Source: Thermoproteus tenax Kra 1
Lineage (GTDB): Archaea > Thermoproteota > Thermoprotei > Thermoproteales > Thermoproteaceae
DNA length: 32,000 nucleotides
NCBI RefSeq assembly: GCF_000253055.1
Contig: NC_016070.1
Coordinates: 90,001 to 122,000 of the forward strand
Reading direction: 5' to 3'
Shown here: one piece after another, positions 1-9,945 of the stretch
Layout of the letters: each line of letters begins with the position of its first letter
Numbering within the stretch: position 1 is the first letter of the stretch
Notes under the pieces: model-generated
Told to the model about the DNA's origin: nothing
The model's database searches: none
The model's input: only the letters and a program-made list of their open reading frames with translations
Position numbers and translations under genes: made by a program

Positions 1-12
1 AGAGCAACGGCC

Positions 13-462
13 ATGGGGCTCACCTACGACGAGTTTCAGCCCGGCGCGAGGATAGTGAGCCACGGCGTCACCGTCACAGAGTCCCACATAGTCCAATTTG
101 CAGGCCTCACGGGCGACCATAACCCGCTTCATCTAGACGAAGCTTACGCCAAGGGCACTATATTCGGCGGCAGGATCGCCCACGGCCTCCTTACTCTTTC
201 TCTAGCAGTGGGGCTCATAGCACACTATCTGTACGGAACCACCATAGCGTTGTTGGAGGCTGGCGGAAGGTTCCTCAAGCCGGTCAAGATAGGCGACACT
301 ATACGCGTGGAGGCCGAGGTGGTCGACAAAAGGCCCTCTGAGAAATACGACGGAGGTATAGTGCACCTGAGGCTTGACGTCAAGAACGACCGGGGCGACA
401 CAGTCGCCGTGGCTGAGATAAAGGCTCTGGTGTCGCGTAAGAGATGGCAAGGCTCTACGTAG
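13..462 (+). CDS. MaoC-like (R)-specific enoyl-CoA hydratase / dehydratase
   Basis: 149 aa ORF with hot-dog/MaoC motifs (FAGLTGDHNPLHLDEAYAKGTIFGGRIAHGLLTLSL). Confidence 0.9.
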   Translation: MGLTYDEFQPGARIVSHGVTVTESHIVQFAGLTGDHNPLHLDEAYAKGTIFGGRIAHGLLTLSLAVGLIAHYLYGTTIALLEAGGRFLKPVKIGDTIRVEAEVVDKRPSEKYDGGIVHLRLDVKNDRGDTVAVAEIKALVSRKRWQGST

Positions 463-1205
463 TGGGGCTGGGGATCTCGCCTGCGTTTTTGACTGAGGCC
501 GCCAAGGAGGCCTTGGAGCGCTCCGATTGCGTCTTCGCCGACTCCTACACAAGCTACTACGACTTCAGCAAGCTCGGCGCTCGCGTCACTCTTTTGGACA
601 GGAGGGAGCTCGAGGATAGAAGTGGGGCAGCCATAGAGGAGTGTCTGAGGAGGGGCAAGGACGCCGCCCTCTTGGTCCCCGGAGATCCCCTCACGGCCAC
701 TGCCCACGCCGCCCTCATAGCTGAGTTCAGGAGGAAGGGCCACGAGGTCGTGGTGATACCTGGAGTGTCCATAGTCTGCGCTGCGTTGTCGGCATCGTGT
801 CTCTCAGTATATAAGCTCGGAGGCGTGGCCACTGTGACGTACCCGAGGCTGGGAGTTTACTCGCTGAGGCCCTACGAGGTGGTCGAGCAGAATCTGCAGA
901 GGGGTCTCCACACGCTTCTGCTCCTCGATATAAGAGACGACGGAGGCTTCATGACGCCCTCGGACGCCGCCAATATACTGATGGAGCTTGAGGCGCGGGA
1001 GAGGAGGGGGGTCTTCAGCGGAGATAGAAGAGTGATAACGGTCTATCGCCTCGGTTGGCCCGAGGGAGGCGTAGCCGCGGCTCCGTTGGCCGAGTTGGCC
1101 TCTTCTGCATATCCAGCGCCGGCGGTAATCATAGTGCCCGCACGCCTCAGCCCTGTGGAGAGGGAGTGCCTCGTCTCGCTCTACGGAGCTCCCTTAGACA
1201 TATAA
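444..1205 (+). CDS. dph5: Diphthine synthase
   Basis: MARLYVVGLGISPAFLTEAAKEALERSDCVFADSYTS...; tetrapyrrole-methylase fold, DphB/Dph5 signature; overlaps upstream stop. Confidence 0.93.
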   Translation: MARLYVVGLGISPAFLTEAAKEALERSDCVFADSYTSYYDFSKLGARVTLLDRRELEDRSGAAIEECLRRGKDAALLVPGDPLTATAHAALIAEFRRKGHEVVVIPGVSIVCAALSASCLSVYKLGGVATVTYPRLGVYSLRPYEVVEQNLQRGLHTLLLLDIRDDGGFMTPSDAANILMELEARERRGVFSGDRRVITVYRLGWPEGGVAAAPLAELASSAYPAPAVIIVPARLSPVERECLVSLYGAPLDI

Positions 1206-1226
1206 ACAGTCCGGATAGATATAGAC

Positions 1227-2999
1227 ATGAGCATTAGAGCGCCCATAGCAGTCGTAGTGGGGCACGTAGACGTGGGGAAGACCCTCCTTCTAGATAAGAT
1301 AAGGGGCACTGCTGTGGCCTACCGGGAGCCCGGCATGATAACGCAACACGTGGGGATGTCCTTCGTCCCGTGGGCGGCAGTGGAGAAGTTCGCAGGCCCT
1401 CTAGTGGATAAACTGAGGCTGAGGGGGAAGATATGGATCCCCGGCTTTCTCTTCATAGACACGCCGGGACACGCCGCTTTCTCCAACTTGAGGAAGAGGG
1501 GGGGTTCCGTGGCCGACGTGGCCGTGCTCGTCGTCGACATAACTTCGGGGCTCGAGGAACAAGGCCTTGAATCGCTCAACCTCATCAGAGCAAGAGGAGT
1601 GCCCTTCGTGATAGCGGCCAACAAGTTGGACAGAATCTATGGGTGGAAGTCGGAGCAGAATAGGCCGTTTCTCTTTTCAGTGGAACAACAAGACTGGCAC
1701 GCAGTCTCGTTGCTCGAGGAGTCCATCGGGAAGCTCATAGATCAACTGTCCAGGCTCGGCATAGAGGCGGATAGATATGATAGAGTCAGAGACTTTGCAC
1801 AACAAGTCCCTATAGTGCCCACGAGCGCCGTGACGGGCGAAGGCATAGCGGACCTACTCCTGACATTAGCCGGCATATCGCAGAGGTTTGTCTCAAAGGA
1901 GAAGCTCGCCGTCAGAGAGGGGCCCGCGAGAGGCGTTGTGATGGAGGTAAAGGAGGAGAGGGGGCTTGGCACCGTGTTGGACGCCATAATCTACGACGGA
2001 GTTATAAAGAGGGGCGACACCATAATGACGGCAGGTCTTGAGGGCGTAGTGACCGCTAGGGTGAAGATGTTGATAATGCCGAAGCCTCTGGACGAGATGA
2101 GGGACCCGGAGGACCGCTACAAATATGTAGATGAGGCCAAGGCCGCTGTCGGCGTGAGGATAGTGGCCGAGGGGCTTGAGGGAGTAGTCCCCGGCGCTCC
2201 GCTCCTAGTTGTGTCGGGCTCCATTGAGGAGACAGCTAAGGCTATAAGGGAGGAGATATCGGCGGTCAAAATAGAGTCTGACAAGGAGGGAGTAATAGCC
2301 CGCGCAGACACATTCGGCACTCTGGAGAGCATGGTGCTCTTCCTCAAACAGAACAATATACCTGTCAGAAAGGCCGACGTAGGCCCTCCCACTCATAAGG
2401 ACGTAGTAGAGGCCGTGCTGTCTAAGAGGAAGGATCCGGCGTATGGCGCAATATTGGCCTTCAATGTGAGGCCGCCGCCTGAGGTCGAAAAAGAGGCACA
2501 GTCCAGCGGCGTCAAGATAGTCAGGGGGGAGATACTGTATAAGGTCGTCGACGAGTACCTCAAGTGGGCCCAAGAACTGAGGGCGAAGGCCGTGGAGGCA
2601 GCTCTATCGCAGCTGGTGAGGCCAGGCATTATACAGATACTCCCCGGGTATGTCTTCAGAAGGAGAGATCCGGCGATTGTCGGAGTCAGAGTAGTTAAGG
2701 GGACTATTAAGCCGGGCTACACGTTGGTGAGGGCCGATGGGCGCGAAGTGGGCAAAATAATGCAGATCCAGCATCACGGCGCGCCGGTCCAAGAGGCCAA
2801 AGTGGGCGACGAGGTGGCGATCTCTATTGAGGGCGACATCATGGTGGGCAGACAGATAAAGGAGGGCGACGTGCTTTATGTGAGAATACCCGAGGACCAC
2901 TTCAAACAATGGGTGCTCCAATACAAGGCGCACCTCAGAGGCGATGAGAGGGAGGCCCTAGACGAATACGCAGACGTGCGGAAGAGTTGGCGGAGATGA
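1227..2999 (+). CDS. infB: Translation initiation factor aIF5B (IF-2 homologue)
   Basis: 590 aa; [33 protein letters not shown] and NKLD GTPase motifs; aIF5B length and C-terminus. Confidence 0.97.
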   Translation: MSIRAPIAVVVGHVDVGKTLLLDKIRGTAVAYREPGMITQHVGMSFVPWAAVEKFAGPLVDKLRLRGKIWIPGFLFIDTPGHAAFSNLRKRGGSVADVAVLVVDITSGLEEQGLESLNLIRARGVPFVIAANKLDRIYGWKSEQNRPFLFSVEQQDWHAVSLLEESIGKLIDQLSRLGIEADRYDRVRDFAQQVPIVPTSAVTGEGIADLLLTLAGISQRFVSKEKLAVREGPARGVVMEVKEERGLGTVLDAIIYDGVIKRGDTIMTAGLEGVVTARVKMLIMPKPLDEMRDPEDRYKYVDEAKAAVGVRIVAEGLEGVVPGAPLLVVSGSIEETAKAIREEISAVKIESDKEGVIARADTFGTLESMVLFLKQNNIPVRKADVGPPTHKDVVEAVLSKRKDPAYGAILAFNVRPPPEVEKEAQSSGVKIVRGEILYKVVDEYLKWAQELRAKAVEAALSQLVRPGIIQILPGYVFRRRDPAIVGVRVVKGTIKPGYTLVRADGREVGKIMQIQHHGAPVQEAKVGDEVAISIEGDIMVGRQIKEGDVLYVRIPEDHFKQWVLQYKAHLRGDEREALDEYADVRKSWRR

Positions 3000-3640
3000 C
3001 GAGCGACCTCGCGCTGGGGACCGTCCTTCTCGCCTGGATACTCCTCCTCTCAGGCGTATTGACGCGGAGGTTGTACCATCGCTGGACGGCGAGAGGCATG
3101 CCTCACAACAGAGCTGTGTACTACAACAGGAAGATAATACACGTCCTTGCGGGCGGCCTAGTCGCAGTGTTGCTCCCGCTTTTCTCCAGCTGGATAGTGC
3201 CCGTGGCCATGGCGCTCCTCCTATCGCTGTTCTTGTACGCCTCTAGGCGGGCCGGGAGACTCATGTACTGGTTCCAGACTCCTGACAACGCCTATGAGGT
3301 CCACTTCACGTTGGCGTGGGCGTTCGTAGTGTTTTTGACCTGGGCCATACTGGGGCAATTGAACGTGGGGATAGCCGCAATAACTTTCATGGCCTTCGGC
3401 GATGCCGTCACGGGCGTGGTGAGAAACCTCATGTACGGCAGAAGGACTAAGTCTTGGTGGGGCAATTTGGCGATGGCGCTCGTCTCAGTGCCCCTCGGCT
3501 ATTATTATGTCGGCCCCCTCGGAGCCCTCGCCGGCTTGGCGGCCAGTCTGGTGGAACACTTCGAGTGGCCGCCTCTGGACGACAACATCACCGTCCCGTT
3601 GGTGTCCCTACTAGTTATGTTGTTGCCGCGTCTCATCTAG
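2996..3640 (+). CDS. Dolichol kinase / CTP-dependent lipid kinase-like membrane protein (SEC59/DGK1/VTE5 family)
   Basis: [15 protein letters not shown] and [29 protein letters not shown] motifs; ATG at 2996 overlaps the infB stop (ATGA). Confidence 0.75.
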   Translation: MTSDLALGTVLLAWILLLSGVLTRRLYHRWTARGMPHNRAVYYNRKIIHVLAGGLVAVLLPLFSSWIVPVAMALLLSLFLYASRRAGRLMYWFQTPDNAYEVHFTLAWAFVVFLTWAILGQLNVGIAAITFMAFGDAVTGVVRNLMYGRRTKSWWGNLAMALVSVPLGYYYVGPLGALAGLAASLVEHFEWPPLDDNITVPLVSLLVMLLPRLI

Positions 3641-4921
3641 CTGTCCCTCAAAGAGGGCCGTTTTGCCCGAGGCGAGGTAGGCTACAGCTATGGCCACCAT
3701 CGCGTAGGGCAGAGCGTTATAGCCGCCGGTCAGCTCTACGACCATTAATGTGACGGAGAGCGGCGCCTTTGCGGCGGCGCCGAGGAGCGACAGCATGCCC
3801 ACCAACACGAACGGGGCCGTTGGAACCCCCAGTATACGGTGGAAGATCAGCCCGACGTCAAGGCCGGCGAATGCCCCTATGATTATGCCGGGAATGAAGA
3901 CTCCGCCCACCTCTCCAGAGCCCAGAGTGAGGCCTGTCGCCAAGATCTTCAGCAGAGGCAGAAGAGCCAGAAGGAGCCAGATGGGCATAAGGGGGGAGGG
4001 GAGGCCTCCGATGGAGCCCCTCAGAGCGAGATAGGTCCAGCCGTACCCGGGGCCCACTACCTCAGGAGCTACGAGCCCGACGAGGCCCGTCGCAAGACCT
4101 CCGAGGGCCGGCCTCAGAACCTCGCTTTTGATAACTGCTCTGAATATGGTCGCGCTGCGCCTCAGCCATAAGACGTAGAGCACTGCGGCGCCGCCTTCTA
4201 TAGCTCCGAGGGCCGCGAAAAGGGGGAGGTACAGGGGGTCAAAAGCGATGGAGACTCCGCCGAAGATCGGGGCGAAGCCGACGACGGACCCAAACAGAGC
4301 GTAGCTGACGGCGCTGGCGACCAAGGCAGGATAGAGGACTCCCCTCTCGAACCCCTCTCTGTATAGGATTTCGGACGCCAGAACGGCGCCGCCCATAGGG
4401 GCCTTGAAGATAGCGCCTATACCTGCCCCGAGGGACACAATGAGCCCCAGCCTCGCCTCCTCCCTCCTCAGTTTAAGGACTCGGGCGGCCGCCGAGGCTA
4501 GGCCAGCGGCGAGCCTGCCTGTGGGACCCTCGGCGCCTGCGCTGCCTCCAGAGCCCAGAGTGATCGCCGACGCCAACAAGCCCGCCAACGTCTCCCTCAG
4601 CCCCAGTCTCCGGGCGTTGTGATAGGCGTTGAGAACTTCATCGGTGCTATACTCCCTCAGCCCCATCCGCCGTCTTATGAGGCCGACGGCCAAACCGCCC
4701 GCGGCGGCGATCACAGGGATCAACCAATAGCGGCCGAGCGACCACGCGACCTCGCCCCCCTCTCCCGGAGCCTCAGGAGCCCGATAGCCCGCCAATACTC
4801 CGAGGAGGATGAAAGAAGACGCCTTGACTCCGAAGTAGAACGCCAACGCGGCTACGCCAGACAGGAGGCCGAAAAGGGTTGACACGGCTAAGAGACGCAG
4901 AACGGCGCGCATAAAGGGCAT
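3611..4921 (-). CDS. ClC-family chloride channel/transporter
   Basis: 436 aa polytopic protein with GSGGSAGAEGPTG, GAVLASEILYRE and GSGEVGGVFIPG (ClC selectivity-filter type motifs). Confidence 0.93.
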   Translation of the reverse strand: MPFMRAVLRLLAVSTLFGLLSGVAALAFYFGVKASSFILLGVLAGYRAPEAPGEGGEVAWSLGRYWLIPVIAAAGGLAVGLIRRRMGLREYSTDEVLNAYHNARRLGLRETLAGLLASAITLGSGGSAGAEGPTGRLAAGLASAAARVLKLRREEARLGLIVSLGAGIGAIFKAPMGGAVLASEILYREGFERGVLYPALVASAVSYALFGSVVGFAPIFGGVSIAFDPLYLPLFAALGAIEGGAAVLYVLWLRRSATIFRAVIKSEVLRPALGGLATGLVGLVAPEVVGPGYGWTYLALRGSIGGLPSPLMPIWLLLALLPLLKILATGLTLGSGEVGGVFIPGIIIGAFAGLDVGLIFHRILGVPTAPFVLVGMLSLLGAAAKAPLSVTLMVVELTGGYNALPYAMVAIAVAYLASGKTALFEGQLDETRQQHN

Positions 4922-4954
4922 ACAAAATTTAAAAAATAACCTTTACGCCAGCAC

Positions 4955-5404
4955 GTGCCGACCTTTAAGGTAGTAGTCTCGGACCCGCTGAGTGGAAAAG
5001 CAGTTCAGTTCGAGGTAAAGGACCCGGCATCGCAGAGGTTCATCGGGCTTAAGATAGGCGATACTATAGACGCCTCGGTGCTCCCCGAGCTCAAGGCGCC
5101 CCCGGGGTCGAAGCTGAGGATAACAGGCGGCAGCGGCATCGAGGGGGCGCCCATGGTGCCCGGCGTGCCGGGGCAAGTTAAGAAATACGCTATACTTGCA
5201 ACGCCGCCTGGCTATAGGCCCAAGAAGTGGGGCGAGCGGCGCAAGAAGCTCGTTAGGGGCAACACCATATCTGACCAAATAGTGCAGATAAACACAGTAT
5301 TGGTCTACCCAGAGAACTATAGGGGGGAGCCCGTTGTGGCTCTAGGGCCAAAAGAGGTAGGAAAGTTGACGGGCCAAGCCCAACAGACGGAGCAACAGAG
5401 CTAG
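4955..5404 (+). CDS. rps6e: 30S ribosomal protein S6e
   Basis: MPTFKVVVSDPLSGKAVQFEVK...FIGLKIGDTIDASVL...RITGGSGIEGAPMVPGV...RRKKLVRGNTIS; GTG start. Confidence 0.95.
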   Translation: MPTFKVVVSDPLSGKAVQFEVKDPASQRFIGLKIGDTIDASVLPELKAPPGSKLRITGGSGIEGAPMVPGVPGQVKKYAILATPPGYRPKKWGERRKKLVRGNTISDQIVQINTVLVYPENYRGEPVVALGPKEVGKLTGQAQQTEQQS

Positions 5405-5647
5405 CTATTTAATTATCGACTTGGCGATTATCAGCGTAGTGGTGCTCCTTATCTTCTGCATTCTTCTGATTTTATCGGACACTATCTTTCGCAGATTCTC
5501 CGTTGTGTCTGTGGCTATTCTGACCACTAGATCGTAGGGACCGTAGACTATCATAGCCTCTTTGACCTCCGGCATCTTTGTCAAAGCCTCCAGAACCTCG
5601 TCCTCAGCTCCTATATCTGTATTTATGAATACAAATGCCTCAACCAT
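5405..5647 (-). CDS. Stand-alone Lrp/AsnC ligand-binding (RAM) domain protein, 80 aa
   Basis: MVEAFVFINTDIGAEDEVLEALTKMPEVKEAMIVYGPYDLVVRIATDTTENLRKIVSDKIRRMQKIRSTTTLIIAKSIIK. The listed longer ORF (to 5863) is probably over-extended; ATG at 5647. Confidence 0.88.
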   Translation of the reverse strand: MVEAFVFINTDIGAEDEVLEALTKMPEVKEAMIVYGPYDLVVRIATDTTENLRKIVSDKIRRMQKIRSTTTLIIAKSIIK

Positions 5648-5682
5648 ATATGGACTAGCACTCGTATTATTAAGCTTTTTCC

Positions 5683-6516
5683 CTAGATGAGCAACGAGAT
5701 GAAGAAAAACGTGAGCAGAGGGCTCGACGATTTGAAGACGCGCCAGAAGGCCCGATCTGTGCGCTCTCTGAGGGCCACAAGCCCGAGGTATATGGCCAAA
5801 GCGGACGCCGGAGCCATGAACAACGCCGAGAGGAGGCCTCCGTACACAAAGGCCACGGCCCACATATACAGCGCCGAGAATATATCCAGAAACGCCACTA
5901 AGGCTATGGCCTTGTCTTCAGACAACATAGCCGTGAGCATGGGAACGCCCGCCTCTCTATATTCTTGTCTGTATACGTATGCCAATGACCATATGTGCGA
6001 GGGGATCCACACGTAGATCGCCATGGAGTAGAGAAGTGCCTCGAGAGTGAGCGGTTTGGCTGTGAGCCAACCTGAGAGAAGCGCGGCGTTGCCGGCGAAT
6101 CCCCCCAACAGGACATTGGACCAATGCCTCCTCTTGAGCAATATGGTGTACACTACGGTGTAGAAGAGCCAGCCGGCGACGACCGCCACTGTGGGGATGG
6201 GCCCTAGCCACAAGTAGGATAGTAGGAAGCCCGCGGCGGAGACAGCCAAGGAGTAGACCAGCGCGGCCGCAGGCCTCAGCCGGCCCGAAGGCAGAGGCCT
6301 CAGAGAAGTCCTCCGCATCCTCGCATCTATATCTCTCTCCCAGTATTGGTTGAACGCGGCGGAGCCGCCGGTGGAGAGGAGACCAACTGCCGCCAGCTCG
6401 AGGAGCCTCGGCCACGATATCTCTGGCAAGGCAGCATACACATAGCCCATAATGGAGGAGAGAATGAGGAGCCAGATCACCTTCGGCTTCAATAAAATTA
6501 GATAGTCCCGGATCAC
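5683..6516 (-). CDS. ctaB: Protoheme IX farnesyltransferase
   Basis: LLKPKVIWLLILSS...GGSAAFNQYWERDIDARMRRTSLRPLPSGRL...; UbiA/CtaB motifs. GTG 6516 preferred over the long ORF start. Confidence 0.92.
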   Translation of the reverse strand: MIRDYLILLKPKVIWLLILSSIMGYVYAALPEISWPRLLELAAVGLLSTGGSAAFNQYWERDIDARMRRTSLRPLPSGRLRPAAALVYSLAVSAAGFLLSYLWLGPIPTVAVVAGWLFYTVVYTILLKRRHWSNVLLGGFAGNAALLSGWLTAKPLTLEALLYSMAIYVWIPSHIWSLAYVYRQEYREAGVPMLTAMLSEDKAIALVAFLDIFSALYMWAVAFVYGGLLSALFMAPASALAIYLGLVALRERTDRAFWRVFKSSSPLLTFFFISLLI

Positions 6517-6732
6517 ATCGATCTCAGGCCTGCTCCAGGACACGAGGTGAATTCGTTGTAGAAATAAATATTGTGGCCGAATCACCCAAGTCCTACGCTA
6601 TATGTAAGCCTCGTTGTCCATTTTAAGATGGCGGCTAGCTCGATAGTCTTGCCCACGACGTACTTGGCGACGTTCCCTATCTAGCTTGAGGACTGATGCC
6701 TGCTCGCTTCTATGGAGAATATATGACTCCCT

Positions 6733-7020
6733 CCCCGCCCTAAAGGGCGAGGTTTGCTGTTTATGCTGGCGTACCGCCGCCGAGGCGCGACGGCGTTGCG
6801 TGGTGCATCTACACGGGCCTGAGCTTAGACAGTAGCTTGTACATTTTTTGGAATCAATCTTTAATGCATTTCTGATCTCAGGAAATTTCGGCGGGCCCCG
6901 ACACTTGCCGGGGGAACCTGAAATAATTTCGGCGAAAGACCGCTTGCAGCTCTAGGGATCCTAAAAAGGCGGCAGTTTTTGTTTCCTTTTGATGGGTCCG
7001 CCCCTTTGGGGTGAAGTAGG
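6733..7020 (-). mobile_element. Putative decayed/non-autonomous IS200/IS605 (tnpB 3'-end) element
   Basis: Minus-strand CCTCGCCC-TTTA-GGGCGGGG hairpin (6733-6752), shortly after a stop codon (6761-6763) of a TnpB-tail-like reading (MHHATPSRLGGGTPA*). A second CCCC-AAA-GGGG hairpin lies at about 6999-7013. No intact transposase. Confidence 0.4.
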
Positions 7021-7111
7021 TCGTAAGCTTTTTAACTATAGCCAACATATTCTGACGACCCCCTGGAGGGGGCACATGAGCGGCCGCCACCTAGGCGGCT
7101 GCGGCCGCGAT

Positions 7112-7396
7112 CTAGGCGAAGTTCTCGATATACTCTAGCCAGAGCTCTAGGTCTTTTAGGTCGAGAGGCTCGACGTGTTCGCCCGATCGTATCTGTGCTT
7201 GAGTAAACCGTACGTATTCTCCCTCGCGCACGCCCCTCAGCACTATCAGCCTGTGCCCCTCCCCCTCTCCTATGCTTGCTGCCTCCTCTAACGACGGCGT
7301 CGTGAAAACGAGCTCTACATCGTTACCGTGCTCCTTTAAGACATAGCCGGGCGATGCCTCTACGTACCTCTTCAATTTGTCGTAGGTCACTCTCAT
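7112..7396 (-). CDS. Conserved hypothetical protein, 94 aa
   Basis: Intact ORF with typical composition; no family recognised. Confidence 0.6.
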   Translation of the reverse strand: MRVTYDKLKRYVEASPGYVLKEHGNDVELVFTTPSLEEAASIGEGEGHRLIVLRGVREGEYVRFTQAQIRSGEHVEPLDLKDLELWLEYIENFA

Positions 7397-7441
7397 AGAA
7401 GTCGGAGATCATTGATATAAATAAGTGTAGATGATATAGCC

Positions 7442-7795
7442 ATGTTGCCGAGCTCCGTTCTAAGGCAGTTGTATGTACAGGGCAGTCTAAAAAACACAGC
7501 AGAGGGCGCCGAGTTTAAGCTGAGGAACATGTTGGCCCCCGCCACAATCATCGACATAGGGATCTCGGTGGACGGTGCACCAGTGCCCAAAGATAAAATA
7601 TTAGTAGTGTCGTCCTCGGGACGATACGAGGTCTCACAGTTGGAACAGCAAGGCTATAAATTCTCAGTGAGGGACGAGGTCGCTGTGGTGCTCAAGGGCA
7701 TGATGCTGTCGAGCGGCGCCCACAAGATAGAGATAAAGGCCAGGACAAGAGAATGGGGAGAGCTCTCATTTGATGTGACTGACGTTCTAAGATAA
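7442..7795 (+). CDS. Small beta-rich protein resembling DUF6379 / C-glycoside deglycosidase beta-subunit-like domain
   Basis: GSLKNTAEGAEFKLRNMLAPATIIDIGISVDGAPVPKDKI...GAHKIEIKARTREWGELSFDVTD resembles the SLKN...VTVDGE.VP.D...GEH.VEV pattern. Confidence 0.55.
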   Translation: MLPSSVLRQLYVQGSLKNTAEGAEFKLRNMLAPATIIDIGISVDGAPVPKDKILVVSSSGRYEVSQLEQQGYKFSVRDEVAVVLKGMMLSSGAHKIEIKARTREWGELSFDVTDVLR

Positions 7796-7818
7796 CACGA
7801 GACCCCCTTTTTATTTAC

Positions 7819-8568
7819 ATGTCTATAGCCGTAGTCACGGGCTCCGGGCGCGGCATAGGGAGGGCTATAGCGCTCAGACTTGTCCGCGAAGGCTACAGAG
7901 TGGTGGTGAACGCCAAGAGGGGAGTCGCTGAGGCCGAGGAGACTTTACGCCTAGCTAAAGAGGCGGGAGGCGACGGCGCCGTGGTCATAGCCGACGTGGC
8001 CTCGCGGGAGGGATGTAGACAGTTGGTCCAGAGGACGCTGGATATATTCGGCGGTTTAGATGTATTTGTGAACAACGCAGGCCTCGGCCTCTATGCGCCG
8101 TTTGAGTCCGCCGACGATAAAATGATCGAGAAGCAGTTGGAGACTACACTTAAGTCTGTCATCTACTGCTCACAAGAGGCCGCCAGAGCCATGGCTAAAG
8201 GCGGCGTGATAATAAACGTGGCATCTATCGCAGGCCTTATGCCGTTCTATGGGCTCTCTATATACAGCGCGGCCAAAGCCGCAGTGATAAACTTAACTAG
8301 GGCTCTGGCTGTGGAGTTGGCCCCGAGGATCAGAGTAAACGCCGTGGCGCCCGGCGTAGTTAAGACGAAGATGGGCGAAAGCTTGTTGAAAGTGCTCGGC
8401 GTATCGGAGGAGGAGTTCGCGAGGCGTAATACACTCTTGGGGCAGATGGTTGAGCCGGAGCACGTCGCAGAGGCCGTAGTCGCGTTGATCAAAATTCCGA
8501 CTATAACGGGGCAAGTGCTTGTAGTAGACTCAGGCGAATCTCTGAGACACGGCGCGTTGCTCAGCTGA
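7819..8568 (+). CDS. Short-chain dehydrogenase/reductase (FabG-like)
   Basis: VVTGSGRGIGRAIA, NNAG, YSIYSAAKAAVINLTRALAVELAP. Confidence 0.92.
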   Translation: MSIAVVTGSGRGIGRAIALRLVREGYRVVVNAKRGVAEAEETLRLAKEAGGDGAVVIADVASREGCRQLVQRTLDIFGGLDVFVNNAGLGLYAPFESADDKMIEKQLETTLKSVIYCSQEAARAMAKGGVIINVASIAGLMPFYGLSIYSAAKAAVINLTRALAVELAPRIRVNAVAPGVVKTKMGESLLKVLGVSEEEFARRNTLLGQMVEPEHVAEAVVALIKIPTITGQVLVVDSGESLRHGALLS

Positions 8569-9898
8569 TCAGTCCCTCCTCAGTACACTCCAATCTGCCC
8601 TTCGGCAAAAGCGACTCGACCCTCTCAAATCTCTTGGGGAAATATCCTCTGTATTTCTCAAGCTCGTCCATGTCGAGGACTCTCTCCTCTCCGTCCGATT
8701 TTATCGCCTTGTCGAGTAATAAGTCGACGTAGATTATCCTCCTCCCTATCTCGGGCGGCGTGTTCACGTTGATGTAAGTTCCGACAACTCTTCCAACTGC
8801 ATCATAGTAGGTGTGGACCACATAGGTGAGACCGGGCTTTATACATGTCAATGCATAGAAGCCCGGCTCTATCCGCGCCCCTATTCCGTCCAGAGTCCCT
8901 CCAGGCCTCAAATTGCGCTTTACCACGAGGGCTCCGCTCCTAAAACCCAGCGACGATCCCCTCATCCTAACTATATCTCCCCACGGCTTTATATGGAGTA
9001 TCTCGACGGGGCCCATGGCCAAGAACTCAGAGGCCTTTTCGTAGACTTCGGCGACTGCGTAGTCGAGAAGATCTAGACATCTCCCGAGCCCTTGTGCTCT
9101 CAGCGAGTGATGGCCCCTTATAGTCGGAGCAACTCGGGCGCGTATCTCATCCAGTTTGGCCTTGACCTCTCTATCGAATATAGAGATAAAGAGGCACTCG
9201 CCCCGCCTGACTACCTCGCCCTCGCGCCACGGTCCCGACGATATCCTGAGCATCTCCTCGTAGAGAGCCTGCGCCTCTCTGAGGATCTCCTCCTCTTGTG
9301 CGTACTGCGCCGACGACTTGAACTTCACTCCAAGACCTTGGAGCCCCAGCCTGCTCTCAGCTAATATGCGAAGCCTCACTACGTCCTCCTCGCCTATCCC
9401 TCTGCTGAACTTGACTCCGCCGATAGTGTCCAACTCTACGTATCTCCCGGCCACTATTATCTCGGGCAGGGCGAGGCCCTTGGCGGGCCCCACTGGAGGT
9501 TTAACAAGAGTAAAGAGGCGCACAGAGGGGTACACCACGTATCTTGAGGGCACCACGGCTCTGCCCCCCTCGGGAGTTACGACGTAGGTGGCGCCCGCCT
9601 CCTGGAGGGGCCTCGCCGCGAAGACTTCCTTCACGCCTCCGGCGGCCTGGACGAGAAAGGGATCCAGCTCTTCCTTCAGCACCTTAGCGAAGGTTTCTAC
9701 AGCTCCACAGTCGCCCATAACGACTATCCCGGACTTGCTCTCGTGGTCCTTAACTATAAGGTCGGGCGGAGAGTTATCCGGGGGGAGCCCGAGGCGTCTT
9801 GCAACTACTTCAGTGGGCTGAACTATTGAGAACCCGCGGTCGAGGGCCAGCTTGCTCAATGCAGTGGCGAAGATACCCCTTATCTTTACCTTATACAC
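8561..9898 (-). CDS. FAU-1-like ribonuclease / RNA-binding protein (RNase E/G-like plus DUF402)
   Basis: 445 aa; central GVKFSRGIGEEDVVRLRILAE and C-terminal DUF402-like GIGARIEPGFYALTCIKPGLTYVVHTYYDAVGRVVGTYINVNTPPEI. Confidence 0.8.
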   Translation of the reverse strand: MYKVKIRGIFATALSKLALDRGFSIVQPTEVVARRLGLPPDNSPPDLIVKDHESKSGIVVMGDCGAVETFAKVLKEELDPFLVQAAGGVKEVFAARPLQEAGATYVVTPEGGRAVVPSRYVVYPSVRLFTLVKPPVGPAKGLALPEIIVAGRYVELDTIGGVKFSRGIGEEDVVRLRILAESRLGLQGLGVKFKSSAQYAQEEEILREAQALYEEMLRISSGPWREGEVVRRGECLFISIFDREVKAKLDEIRARVAPTIRGHHSLRAQGLGRCLDLLDYAVAEVYEKASEFLAMGPVEILHIKPWGDIVRMRGSSLGFRSGALVVKRNLRPGGTLDGIGARIEPGFYALTCIKPGLTYVVHTYYDAVGRVVGTYINVNTPPEIGRRIIYVDLLLDKAIKSDGEERVLDMDELEKYRGYFPKRFERVESLLPKGRLECTEEGLIS

Positions 9899-9945
9899 GC
9901 CACGCTCGAACGGCTAAAGTTAAAAACGTTGGCTTCAGAGCCGCC

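Noticed and set aside
9799-9945. Long N-terminal extension of SurE in the ORF track
   Set aside because: SurE begins at the conserved VKIVLTNDDG; the extension overlaps the divergent FAU-1 gene and promoter.
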